Shown here: piece by piece, positions 1 through 12,000 of the stretch
Numbering within the stretch: the first letter of the stretch is position 1
How the letters are laid out: each line of letters starts with the position of its first letter
Assembly (NCBI GenBank): GCA_029263055.1
Contig: JAJCYG010000058.1
Span: 3,587 to 67,586 of the forward strand
Direction of reading: 5' to 3'
Origin: Actinomycetes bacterium
GTDB lineage: Bacteria > Auribacterota > JAJCYG01
Length of the DNA: 64,000 nt
Program-made: the position numbers and the translations under genes
The notes under the pieces: model-generated
Seen by the model: the letters and a program-made list of their open reading frames with translations, nothing else
What the model was told of the DNA's origin: nothing
Database searches by the model: none

Positions 1-3000
1 TAAAAGTAAAGGGGCTCACAACAAAACTCATAATTACATAGAGGTAGAACATTGAAGACAAAACAACTCCTCCACCCGTATTAAAGAACATCAAACTCAA
101 CACCGTTGGAACAGCCCATATCAGCACAGCTATAACTTCAAAAGGAACTTTCCTTCCGGTAACGTGCCAGAGAAATACTGACAAAAGCACAAGAGCTGGA
201 GCAATTAACAAATAAGGTGACAGTGGGGCAAGAGGAAGCAAGGCAAATAACGGCAGAGAAACAAGTAGCCCTAAACCAAAAATCCCTGTTAATGTCTCCC
301 ACGTATAAGACTCTGTTCCTTGATCTTTAGCGGCTGTAACCCAAGCACCAGCCTCTTTTAATCCTTTTCTTAATCCTTCAGATTGATTCGCAATTAGAGT
401 GGTCCAATAAAAGAAGCCCCCTTCTAAGAAAAGAAACTTTAACCATTTTAAGGTTCCATCAAAATAACCATTCCTCTCCCAAAATTGAGCCAGTGAGAAG
501 ATACCAATCGCTTGAGACATACCCCAACCCGCAATAATCATATAAGAAGGAAGCACAGTAAAAGGGTTGGCTCCAATAACCAAAGCACCAACAATAAACG
601 TTATAATGGCAGGAATACTAAAGTAATGAACAATCCCATAAAAAGCTAAGTTAAAGAGAAGGTCAAACTTATAGGCAAATGAGACATGAGGACTCGCCAT
701 TAAGAGTTCAAAAGCACGACTCGCTTGAAGTTCTCCACGAGCAGCTCCTTGTGCCCATTTTGCAGGTGGCGTTGCATACATTGAGAGTAAGGTCTCTTCC
801 CCTTCTCCAAATTGAAGGCGATCTTCATAGCCTCCATGGCCCCCATTAGCAATAATAGTGGCATAGCCTAATAAGTCTTCTGAAATATGAGAAGGTTGAA
901 TTCCATCATAATCCATCAAAAGTTTAGTGCGGAAAATTCCGTTATGCCCATAAAAACCAACCGCACCTACTTTACTTTTTAAGCGAAGCAAACCACCCCA
1001 AAAACTATTAACCGCTTCAGTCGCCACACGAGTTTGACGGTTATATGGTTCATTAAAAATATACTGACGAAATTGCAACACACCCAATTTAGGATCTTTA
1101 TTAAAACGATCTAAAACTTGAAGCAGCTTACGGCCATCTTCTAAACGAATCTCAGTATCTCCATCAAAGAACATCACCGTGTCCCCACGCACATATGGCA
1201 TGGCAACAGCTAAAGCCTTTGCTTTAACACTTCCTCCACGCTTACCAGCTCCTTCACCTAAGTCCATACTTCCATAAACCCAAGCAAAGTTAATATCATG
1301 AACCAGAACATGGCCTAATTGAGCACGAGTTATATGCTGTTCAAATCTATTTAAAGCTTCCTCATCTATTTGTTTCTCAAGTTTTTTAATAAGAGAATCC
1401 CAAACATCACGCAAACGGATTTCAATTGCTTCGGCTTGAATTTCTTTGTTAAAAGCAGAGCCAGCAAAACCATCCTCTGTAAGAATGCCATTTTCAACCC
1501 ACTGCTGCTTCACTTCATCAATCAGTTCTGACTTGCCAATCAAATTTAGCGCCTCTTGCATATTTGTCCAAAGATCTGCGGCGAAATCCCATTGCCTCCC
1601 TCCATGTGGATTTGGCAGATTCGGATCTTGATCCAAAGGTTTTTTAAAGAAGGAGTTTAAACTGGCCCCACCCACAGACCATAAGATTTGAAATTTTTCT
1701 TTAGCTTTTGCTTCGACCATCTTTTTCTGTTCTCGAGTCAACTGATCTAAAGAAGTTTCTCCCGGTAAAAAATCAAACATAGCTGCTTCCATATACGCTT
1801 GTTTCACGCGTAAGAAACCAGTATAGGTTGTCTCTAACATTTGCAAACGATCGTTAGCCCAATCTTCAATCTTTCGAGTTAGAATAAGAGCTTGCGCTTT
1901 TTCTTCTTCAGACTCTCCTTCAAACGGAGGCAAACTCACACCATAAGGTCGCTCCATATAACCGTTAAGAAGACTCATTTGAGCAGGTGTAGCCCAGCCA
2001 TTTTCTTCAGCCTGATCTAATAAGTTAGAAAACTCTCCCCGATACCCCCCTGTCACTAATTTAAAGAGGCGGCTCTCACCCGAAGAACCATCTATCATGT
2101 TTAAAGCCGTCCAACTATGGCGAAAATTATCAATACTTGGAATCAAAAGAGTTAGCGATGGAAGGTTTTCCCACTTGGGTCTATCAGGAAGTTTGTTTTT
2201 TCTTAAATGGGCATTGGCCCAGAATTTTATTCGATCACGGGCTTCTTTATTTACAATGTCAACCAAGGCTTGAGCTTTAATCGCATCATCTGAGTTCAGT
2301 AATTTATCTTTTTCCTCAGAGGTCAACTTATAAGAGGTATACATATCTTTAATTAAAGAGTTATATTCCCACTCAACACGTTTAAGCTTATCAGGGTCAT
2401 CACTAAACTCTTCTTTTAACATTGACCACATCTCGTTTAACGCACCTGCTTTGGTAAAACGATTTAGAGCAAACCCACCAAACAATATGGCTCCATAAGC
2501 ATATAACGTATATTGGCCATATTGCCAAACTAAGCCTAAAATTCCTGATGTTGTTAGACTTTGCGAAAGACCCCAAATAGTTGAAACATATGCCAATCCA
2601 ACGACAACTAAAGACAAAGCTAAAAATGTAACACCTATTTTTAAAATGGAAGGCCGCTCTGTTGTTTTTATTCGAGCTTGACGCTCTGAAAGATCCATAA
2701 TACCAAAGGCCGAAACCAAACCACCCAAAGTCCAAGTTGAAGCAAAATAACTTAAGATTAAAAAGAAATAAGCGAGTAAAGCAGAAACACCAAATAAAAT
2801 AGCACCAGAAATAACAGAAACCATACTGTCCTGATAGATTAATTCTAAATAAGGAACGACTCCAGCTAACCAAACCGGCATAGCCACTCCAAAGTTCCAA
2901 AGGACCCAAATAGCAATCGAGCTAATCCAGAAAAGAAGGCCGGCTGCAGAAGTCTCACCTTTAACTCGAGCGGAAAGAGCTAAACGAACCAGCAAATTCA

Positions 3001-6000
3001 AACCTAAACCAGCAACCATACCTAAAAGGAGGGAAGAAATAACAGGAAAAGCAAACACCCCAAGCGCAATAACGGCAGCAACACTTCCTAGAGCAACAAT
3101 GAAAAAGTTTCCTGTTTTTGAAAGAGGGAGAAGCGTTTTATTAAAATCAAGTAAAATGGTTCGAGTATAGACAATCCAATTAGCAAGAGGAACTCGTTCA
3201 CCAATAAACTTAAGCCCTTTGATCAACTGAGGGAAGCGAGCACTTGCTTTGACTGTTCTTGGTTTTAAATTAGGATTAAAGGCAACGTCTGCTTTACCTA
3301 AAGCGGCTTGAATAGAGTGAACCAGTTCATTTACTATCGCATAACGAGGAAGTTTACTTCCTTTTGCAATTGCTCCTTCAATCTCTTTTTGAATTCCTTT
3401 TACGGCATCCTCGTTCATATCAGGATTAAGACTTTTAATTTCTCCGATCATTTTTTTAATCCTTTTAGAATCAAGATTAGGACGACGGATTTCAAAGATT
3501 AATTCAACAATTCCCCTCACATCAGGATGAGCAATTTGTATCGGTTCAATAAGAACAGCTATTTCTTCAGCAAGGTTCCTATCTAATCTAAGGGAATATT
3601 GCTCAATACTGTTTGGATCAAGATTGAGGTCCTTTGGATCAATGCCAATATCTGAAACTAACTCTTTAATTTTATCTGGATCTAGTCCTTGTTCTTCTAA
3701 CTCAAGTTGTTTTTTATTTCTATCTCGAAAATACCGAAAAAGAATAGAGACATCTTCAGGCATGAACACATTTCTACGAAGCAAAGAAGCGGCTTTATCG
3801 CCTGCCATGACCTTTGGAATAATTGATTGAGTCTGCATCATCATATAAAAAACATTACGGTAAGCTAAAAGTTTTTTGGCAAAGACAGCACTCTTATCTG
3901 CAAAAGCCAGTATTTCTTCATTGGTTAAGGCAGCGCGCTCACCTAAAAGAACCCGCTTTTCTTCATCAATGGCTGCAGTAAAAAGCATAGCTTCATCAGT
4001 TAAGTATTCAGCCATTTGAGTTGATCCAAAATGGCCTAAGAAACGCATAATGGCAAAACGCACTACATAACGCTGTAAGAGAACAGGTTTTTGCCCTCCT
4101 AAGATATCAATTAAAACTTTTTTCTCTCCATTTTCTTCATATCCATTCCGATTCCAACGGACCCAGGCATCATTTTTAAAGAAGAGGGTCATACCTTCTA
4201 CTTCATTATCTCCTAAACCAATTTCGCGAACCCACCGTTCCATTTCAGGTATCAAGGTTGCTTTAGTTACATCCTCCGGACGAATTCTCTCATCAGGAAT
4301 GACACGTTGTGCTGGCTCTTCTTTTGGCTTGGATGTTTTTGCGAGCAAGCTAAATAAAGCTCCAAGCGCAGCAATCACACCCGCAATCAAATAACCGATC
4401 CAATCTAAAATAGAGGTTTCCTGTTTTGGTGAAATTGATTGGTCCCAAGGACGGTCGTATTTTTCCCAATTGTCGGCTAATTCATCGAGATCATTTTGAA
4501 CTGAAGCTTGATACTCATCCCAAGGAATAGGTAAAGGATAACTGTCTAAACTATATTCACTTGAAGTTCCATCCGCATTAAAACGAAACACTCGCTCTGT
4601 TCCATCTTCCATATCTTTTTCCCAAAGAATCAACCCCCCATCTTCTTGGCGAACCCCTTGATACAAACGGCGCACTTGACCGCCTTTATGACCCAATTCA
4701 GGATTGTCATTTTCATAAACTAAAAAGCGCGGAATATTTAATGAATTAAAATAGGTCCGTCCTTTCCAAGTTGTTTGAAATTTATCTGAAGAGACGTCGG
4801 CAAAAACATAAACACGGTAACGTTGTCCATCAGATCTAATCGCTTCATCATAGTTAATATGTTCTCCACCTTGAAAGCGCCACACTCTAAAATGCTTGGT
4901 TCCATAGGCATCTTCAAATAAAAAGTCAGTTGTTCCAACAATGGCACCACGAGAATCTTTTAAATAACTAAAACGCCCTTCACGGCCTGCTACTTCAGGC
5001 GGCAACGTCTCTTCAGTAAAAAAGTTACCCACCTCATATCCATCCGTTAAATGAGATTGAACTAATTCATAGTCACCCGCTCCACTAAACTCTCCACTAA
5101 TTGCGATCACAGGAAGGCTTGATGTCGCACCTTGCAACATCACGTTTGAAAAACGGACTTCGTCTCCTGTCGCATTCCCAACGCCATTACCATATCGAAT
5201 TCCTATTTGAATCAAATGAGAGGTATCAACATTGTGGTTGGCAGCAAGATCTGATAAGGAGACTGTTACTCGGTGCCAAGCACGTCCTTCGCTATCGCGA
5301 CCTGCTTCTGGAAGCTCTGAAATAGTATACGGATCTGTAATGTGGGTGGCTCGATTAACATGACCACTTTTATCTGTAAAGGTAATAGCAAAGCGTTCAT
5401 TTCCAGTATTGCCACGAACAAAGAAAGACAATGTTTCATAACCTGAGACATCATAGTGGGTGATATCTTGAGCTGGTTTCAAAGGACGTACATAAGAATA
5501 AGTTTGACCCAAGTTCATTCTAAACCAAGCATAGTCGTCTGAAAGCTCTAAACTTCTGACCATAGGTTGTAATAATTTAGTTGCTGGGCGCCCTCCAACA
5601 AACTGATAGACACCCTGATTCCTTAAACGAAAGACTCGGTCTCCAAGCTCATTATGGACCGTCGATCCATTTTGCATTTCTAAAACAGGTGAATCAAAAT
5701 TTTGTTGCAAATCATAAAATAAAACGCGACGCGTGTTACTCTGCGCATCAGTCACTTCTTGGCGTACTTGTGTCGTTGACTCTGTCTGACCTGCTGTTGT
5801 AACGGCCGTTGAAATAATCCCATCAGGATGAGCTTTCAAATAAGCTGGATCGTCTGTTGTTGTGACTGCATTTGTTATTTGAAAAGGGTTCTCAGTATTT
5901 CCATATTGGTTCACTGTGGTTCTAGTTTCAATTAAAGTGTATTGATTCTGTTGATTAGGCAAAGAAGAATAGGTCTTTGACTGCACTTGAATCAAACGAC

Positions 6001-9000
6001 CATAAGCATCATACACTGAAATTTTCAGTGGCAATCCGCGCAAATCCCTGCTTTGCACTTCAGACTGAATCACTTGAATACGCCCATTAGGTAAGTAGCT
6101 CTGCGCAAAAACTGAAACCACATTATTAACGGTTGTGGCACCCGATGTATTACCTTGGTATTGAATTTGACCTTGAGCATTGACTCGAATACGAGTTCCA
6201 TCCATTTGCATAGGGAAAAGACGGTTTAAACCATTTTGCTGAGTGAGTAAAATAGAATGGCCTTGGGCACCTGTCTCGTAAAGAGGACGTTCTGCAGGAG
6301 AACCATCATAATGTACCACCACTTCATTTCGATAAACACGTTGGAGCAACATCCCTCGAGTACGCACTTCAATTTTTGTTGCCCTACCTACCGTAGAACG
6401 TTCTGTAATTTCAATACTTCCATCAGACAAAACGCGATGACTGTATGTGGCGATCACATTATCAACACCATTAACTCTTGTTCCACGCGCTCTTAATCGA
6501 TCTTGTTTATAAACTGGAAGGGAAATACCTAATTGAGAATTATATTCATAAACTAAAGTTGTATAAGTATCGCTTTCTTCTATTAAACGGCCTAAAGAGT
6601 TTAGTTTTCGGGTTGATTGTTTTTGAGTTAATACATTTCTAATCTGAAGAACCATCTCTCCGTTTGGAAGAAAGGTTGCTGTACTGGTTTCAAAACGGAT
6701 ACCCCCTGATGCATTCGCAGGATCAACATCAATAAAAGTGGTTCGGCCTGTCTCCCGACCTTGTGTATTATAAGTAACCGCTGTACGGGATTGATAACGA
6801 ATCACATCTGAAGCGTTAATACTACCTGTATTAACCTCAACTACGCGGTCTAATCGGGTGTCACGAATGTCAGTTTTAGCGGTACGATTCAATTCATTTA
6901 TTTCTGTAACAGAAAGGCGATGATTGGCTGCATCATAATTAAAACGGTAAGTACTCACCACTCTATTCAATTGAGCACTACGTGTCTCTTCAGGAATCTC
7001 AAATCCATTTCGAATCACATATGTTGTGGTAAGATCACCCACTTGACGGCTTTTTAAATAGCCTAAGCTATTACGTACTTCAACAACCGTTAAACCGGCA
7101 TTATCTAAACCTGTAGAAGTAATGTTCCCATTTGTGGCAACAGTTGTTCCACTGTAAACGATTAAAACATGATCATGACCATTTCGTGTGGTGCCTCTTC
7201 TTCCTGTTCGGTCAATGACTATTGTTGGACGACTCAATTGTAACGCTGAATCATAAACATAAATTGTTTCTGTTTCTCTAGAGTATTCACGCACCACATG
7301 CCCTAATGCATCTAAAAGCTGCAAGCTTTTAGCTCCTGTAATGCTCGTTACTTCAATAGCGCTCCAACCTTGTCGGCTATTCAAATCCCAAGTGTTCATA
7401 TCAACACCCCAACGAAAAAGCTGATCGCGGTCTGTCACAACTTCTGTGCGCATTTTAACCTGAGAGGTTGCTGTGCGAGCACCGGTAGTTGAATCAACAT
7501 TGATATAAACAACACCTCCTGTTGACACTCTTACAGTACGACTATTAAGTGTTAGATCGATATATTGCAATTCTTCGCGTTCTTGAATCTCAACTTGTAA
7601 TGCTGTTTGAACAGCAGCTTGGGAGTAATCAAAATTTTGAGTCGTATCAAAACCAGAACGGTTAAATGTTCCTGTTAGTCGAACTAAAACATCTCCCTCT
7701 GCGTTCAATGTCTCTTGAGTCACACGACCTGTCATCCAATCAAAGGTCCATTTTGTGTTGCCATTGTTAGTGACATAAAATGTTTGAGTCACATTATCAA
7801 CTGAGGAATAAACAAGTGCTCCGTTACGATCAACACCCGTTGGAACAATCAATGTGCGGCCTTGAGGAGTTGCTGTATCGTTTGAGCGCACATATAAAGG
7901 ATGGGTCAAGCCATGTGAAGGGTGATAATAAATATCGATTTTCTTATTTGTGTCAACTTGACGAACCACGCGATTATCGCGAAGGTATTCTTGAGTGACT
8001 AAGGTTGGATTAAAAATATTAGCTTTATTAACAATCACATCGCCTGTAGCGGCATCCCGTCGATTTGCTGGATTAGCGTCCAACCAATAACGGTTCATTC
8101 TTTCTGAATGCCAGTAAGGAGGACCTCTTCTTAAGTTAGCTTCCACAAATTCTAAGTCACGGTTAAATTGATTGAGCTCTTCTAAACGTTGTTCAAGACG
8201 CGTTCTATATTGCTGAGCCATTCCATCACCAAAAACTAAGGTGACATAAACAGTGGTTCCATTCGACTGAACATATTCAATGTTGGCATATTGATTGCGA
8301 ATCGCTTCTGCCATCTTTAAAGGATCGGTGCGCAACCAATTCATCACTTCAGTCACTTTCATTTCTCCCAAATTAAGACCAAAGAGCTCTCCGACAACTA
8401 ATCCATTTGGAACCAACTTTCCATTTTGATCTGTCATAATCACCCCTGAAAGGTGATGCATTTGCTGAAGTCTTAGAATATTAGATAAAGTTCCTGCATC
8501 AGCTCTTTCTAACGCTACCTGCTCTAACGCTCCACTCAAACCATGCTCAATAATGATGCGTGTTCTCACATTATGAACCGTTCCATCTTGTTGGACAAAC
8601 GGAACGTCTGTTTCAAACCAACCACGCGCTAAAATACGATGCTGCTCATGCGCACTAAAGACAGGGTTCCCATTTGCATCGACTCGTTCAAACTGAGCCA
8701 CTAAAAAGTCGAGCATGGCATTGGCGCCACTCATATCAGGAATTTTAGTTCCAGGGTTTGCAGGATCATCTATTAAAGGACGCCCTAAAATCACATGCTG
8801 CATTGATGTACTCGTTGAATTAAGAGCATTTCCTCGTATGTCTAAAGGTTGACCCGTAGAGCTCACAAATCGAATCGCCCCTCGCTCAGCCACTTGTGCT
8901 TCCACAGCAGCACGCTGACCTTGCAAACGATAACTCGCAACACTTTGATCAATTTCGTCATAACTTGAAATCAAGGTCCACGTGTAAACTTGTCCACCCT

Positions 9001-12000
9001 GCTCATATGAAAAAGCATTAATTCGTTGGTCATAGAATAAAAATGTTTTGCCTTGAGCCAACGCAACCTCAGCGGTTGTAGGACGCAAGTGTTGATTTTG
9101 TGGAAGAGCTTGTTGAGCTGGCGTCATTCCATTCCAACCTGTTACTCTAGTTAACGCGGTTAAAATCGCTTGCACATCTTCGCTTGGACGATCACTTGTT
9201 TCATTAACAAAGATTTTGCCTTTACCCATTTCCACTTCAACAGCTGCTCTAGAACCAAGAGAAACTTGATTGGTTTGGGACCAAGACGGAACTTCTCGCA
9301 CAGCTGCTGGATAACCATTATAAAGAGTAGAAGGATTCCCACTTGTAAGACGTGAGGTATACCAAAACTGGCCATCAATTTGATAAGGATTATAATGACG
9401 TTGAGCCATTCCAAACATCGCAGTTGATGCCACTGAAGCAGGCGCATCTAAAACTCGTTTGTCTGAAAAAGAGTAATACCGAATACCGGTTGTTGTCGCA
9501 ATTGGCATCGCCATTCCACCACTTGAAGAGCGAACCGCTAAACGCTGTATCGATGCTTCTAAAGTATCTGCACTCCTTCTCCAAGAAGAAGACCAAGAGT
9601 CCCTTGCTGCTGCACGATCAGAAGCACTAAGCCGAGTGTCATTAGCCACGACATTCATCAAATAACCTTCATAAGCACGCATCGCTAATAAAACATAAGA
9701 AGAAGATTCCACAAAAACCGCCCGTGTCCGTTCCGTGCCATTACCAATCGCCACACGCCCTTCTCGATTTGTTGAATCAAAACCGGTCACAGATTGTCCA
9801 TTATGAAGAACTGAAACAAAAGCGCCGGTGGCAGGATCCATTAAACGTCTTAATATCTTCGCTCCAAGATAAGGGCCACCACCAAAAAAGAGCTTATTCT
9901 CATTTTTTGAATCTCTCATATGTTCTAAAATTTCAGGGCCAATCGCAGTTAGAGCAATGGCTTGAACATCTGTGGCATAACCCTCGTTGGCAACAATAAT
10001 TCCATTTCTCTTATTTGTACCTGCATAAAAATAATGTTCATCCGCATCCCACATTTTATTTGATAAAAAACGTAATACTGAAAGAGCCGCATCACGATAC
10101 TTACTCTCTTCAGTGACTGTATGCATATTTGAAAAGAGGCGAAAAGCTCCCATCATCTCTTCTGTGGAACTGACTCCATTTGCTTTATCTTGCCAAATCA
10201 CCCCTTGCCAATTTTCATCCTCTGTTTCCATACGTTGAATCAAGCCATCAGCAATATTGCGCATTTCACTTAATGCATGCGCAGCATTTGTATTTGTCAT
10301 TAAATCATCTAAATTTCCATTTTCAGCATCCCATAAAAGACGGTTTCGCTCATCCCTAACATCTTCTAAATCATTAATCCAGTCAGGGCCTAATTGATCC
10401 ATATAATCGTCAATATCGCCGCTATAAATATTACTTCGGAGATTTGCTAGATTATCACCACTCTGATAGTTTTCTTGATAAGAACGCAATATATTAGGAT
10501 GGCGCTGAAACATTGATTGCATATAAGCTAATCCAATAAACGCATTCGGCCCCACATGAAATTGTCTCTCTGCAATATCATTGGTTCCTACGTTGATCGC
10601 ATTTGCATATAAAGGATTACTTGTTTCATCTGTAGAGACTTCATTTCGTTTGAGTCCACCTCTCAACCGATAGATTGACTCCATCACACGATTCCCCATA
10701 TGCCCATCATTTAAAGATTGAAAAAACATAGAACGAATCGCTTGGTCATACGTTGAACCCCATGCTTGCCAATTAGCGGTTTGAGGTCCAGCTTGATTCG
10801 GAGCAAACATAAAACTAGGAACCAAGTCATTCGCCCCATTGCGTGTTGCCCGCAAAAAAGTTCCCATTTGAAGCGGATTGACTCCGACGCCATTTGTTGG
10901 ATCAAAGCGATAATAGCGACCTGGAGTGACTTGTAAAATAGCTCCTCCGTTACGCCCCATTAAACGGTGATAAGCATCATAGTTATCAATCTTTTCTTGA
11001 ATGTCGTGCAGGTTTTCTTGTAATGCTTTAAGCCCTGGCACCCAAATAAATTCAATGCCATTGTCCCCCATAATTCCATATACAGGAACCATGGAATGAC
11101 TTTCTGTTTGTTGACGTGCATCACGGTCTGATTCTGGAATCGGAATGTGCGCATACCCTAAAAGAACTTTTTGTCGATCTAAAACATTTGCCTGTTGTTT
11201 TGTTCTAATAGAGACAACATTGCCTCCGACAAAAGTACGGCCCAATTGCTCAAACAAACCTTGACTACTGTCAGTGCGAGCCAACACACCATAGTTTCGT
11301 AACCCCTCGACATAAGTTGTGTTGTCTCGAATCGATCCAAAAATTTGTAATGGAAAACCAAACAAGTTAACAACCCAAGCTCCAGCTTGCCAAACATCTG
11401 GGGCTTCACGGTAAACAGGGCGATCTAAGCCTGGCACCAATCGACTTGCTGATTTAATGATCGAAGCCAAACTAGGACCAATTCCAATAGGTAAAGGCAT
11501 ACTTTCAAAAACACCTTTTGTGGTACTCACTTCACGAAAGACCCGGGCAAAACTTGTTAAATAAAGAAATCCGGCTGTGGTAGGTGTTGGCATCACAGAA
11601 TCCCCACCAATATCTCCCACAAAAAACTTTGAAATTAAATCTGAAAAAGAAGAAGTATCTCTCGCAAATTCTCCAGCTTGGCCGCCACTTCCATCTGGTC
11701 GCAAACGAGCTAATTTAAAGTTAGAGTCATTACTTGTATTTGAAAGAAGAACTAAGTTCACCATTAAAGAAGAGAAAAAATCAATACGTGCTGTCACTTC
11801 ACGGTGACGGTGCCAATCAGTATGAAACAAGGTCACAACAACTTGATCTAATTCATCTTGAGTCACGGTTGTTCTTGGATTGTTATTACTGTCATAACCT
11901 GTAAATTCTTTTTCATAGACCGCAGCAGCCATGGCATAAATAAACTGATGAATCTCTTGAGCATCGGTTGGTGTCATACTTAAATTAATTGTAGAAAGAA

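Noticed and set aside
5850-7800. Classical RHS polymorphic toxin
   Set aside because: No RHS core DPxG motif, toxin tip or immunity gene seen; the repeats are internal and degenerate.
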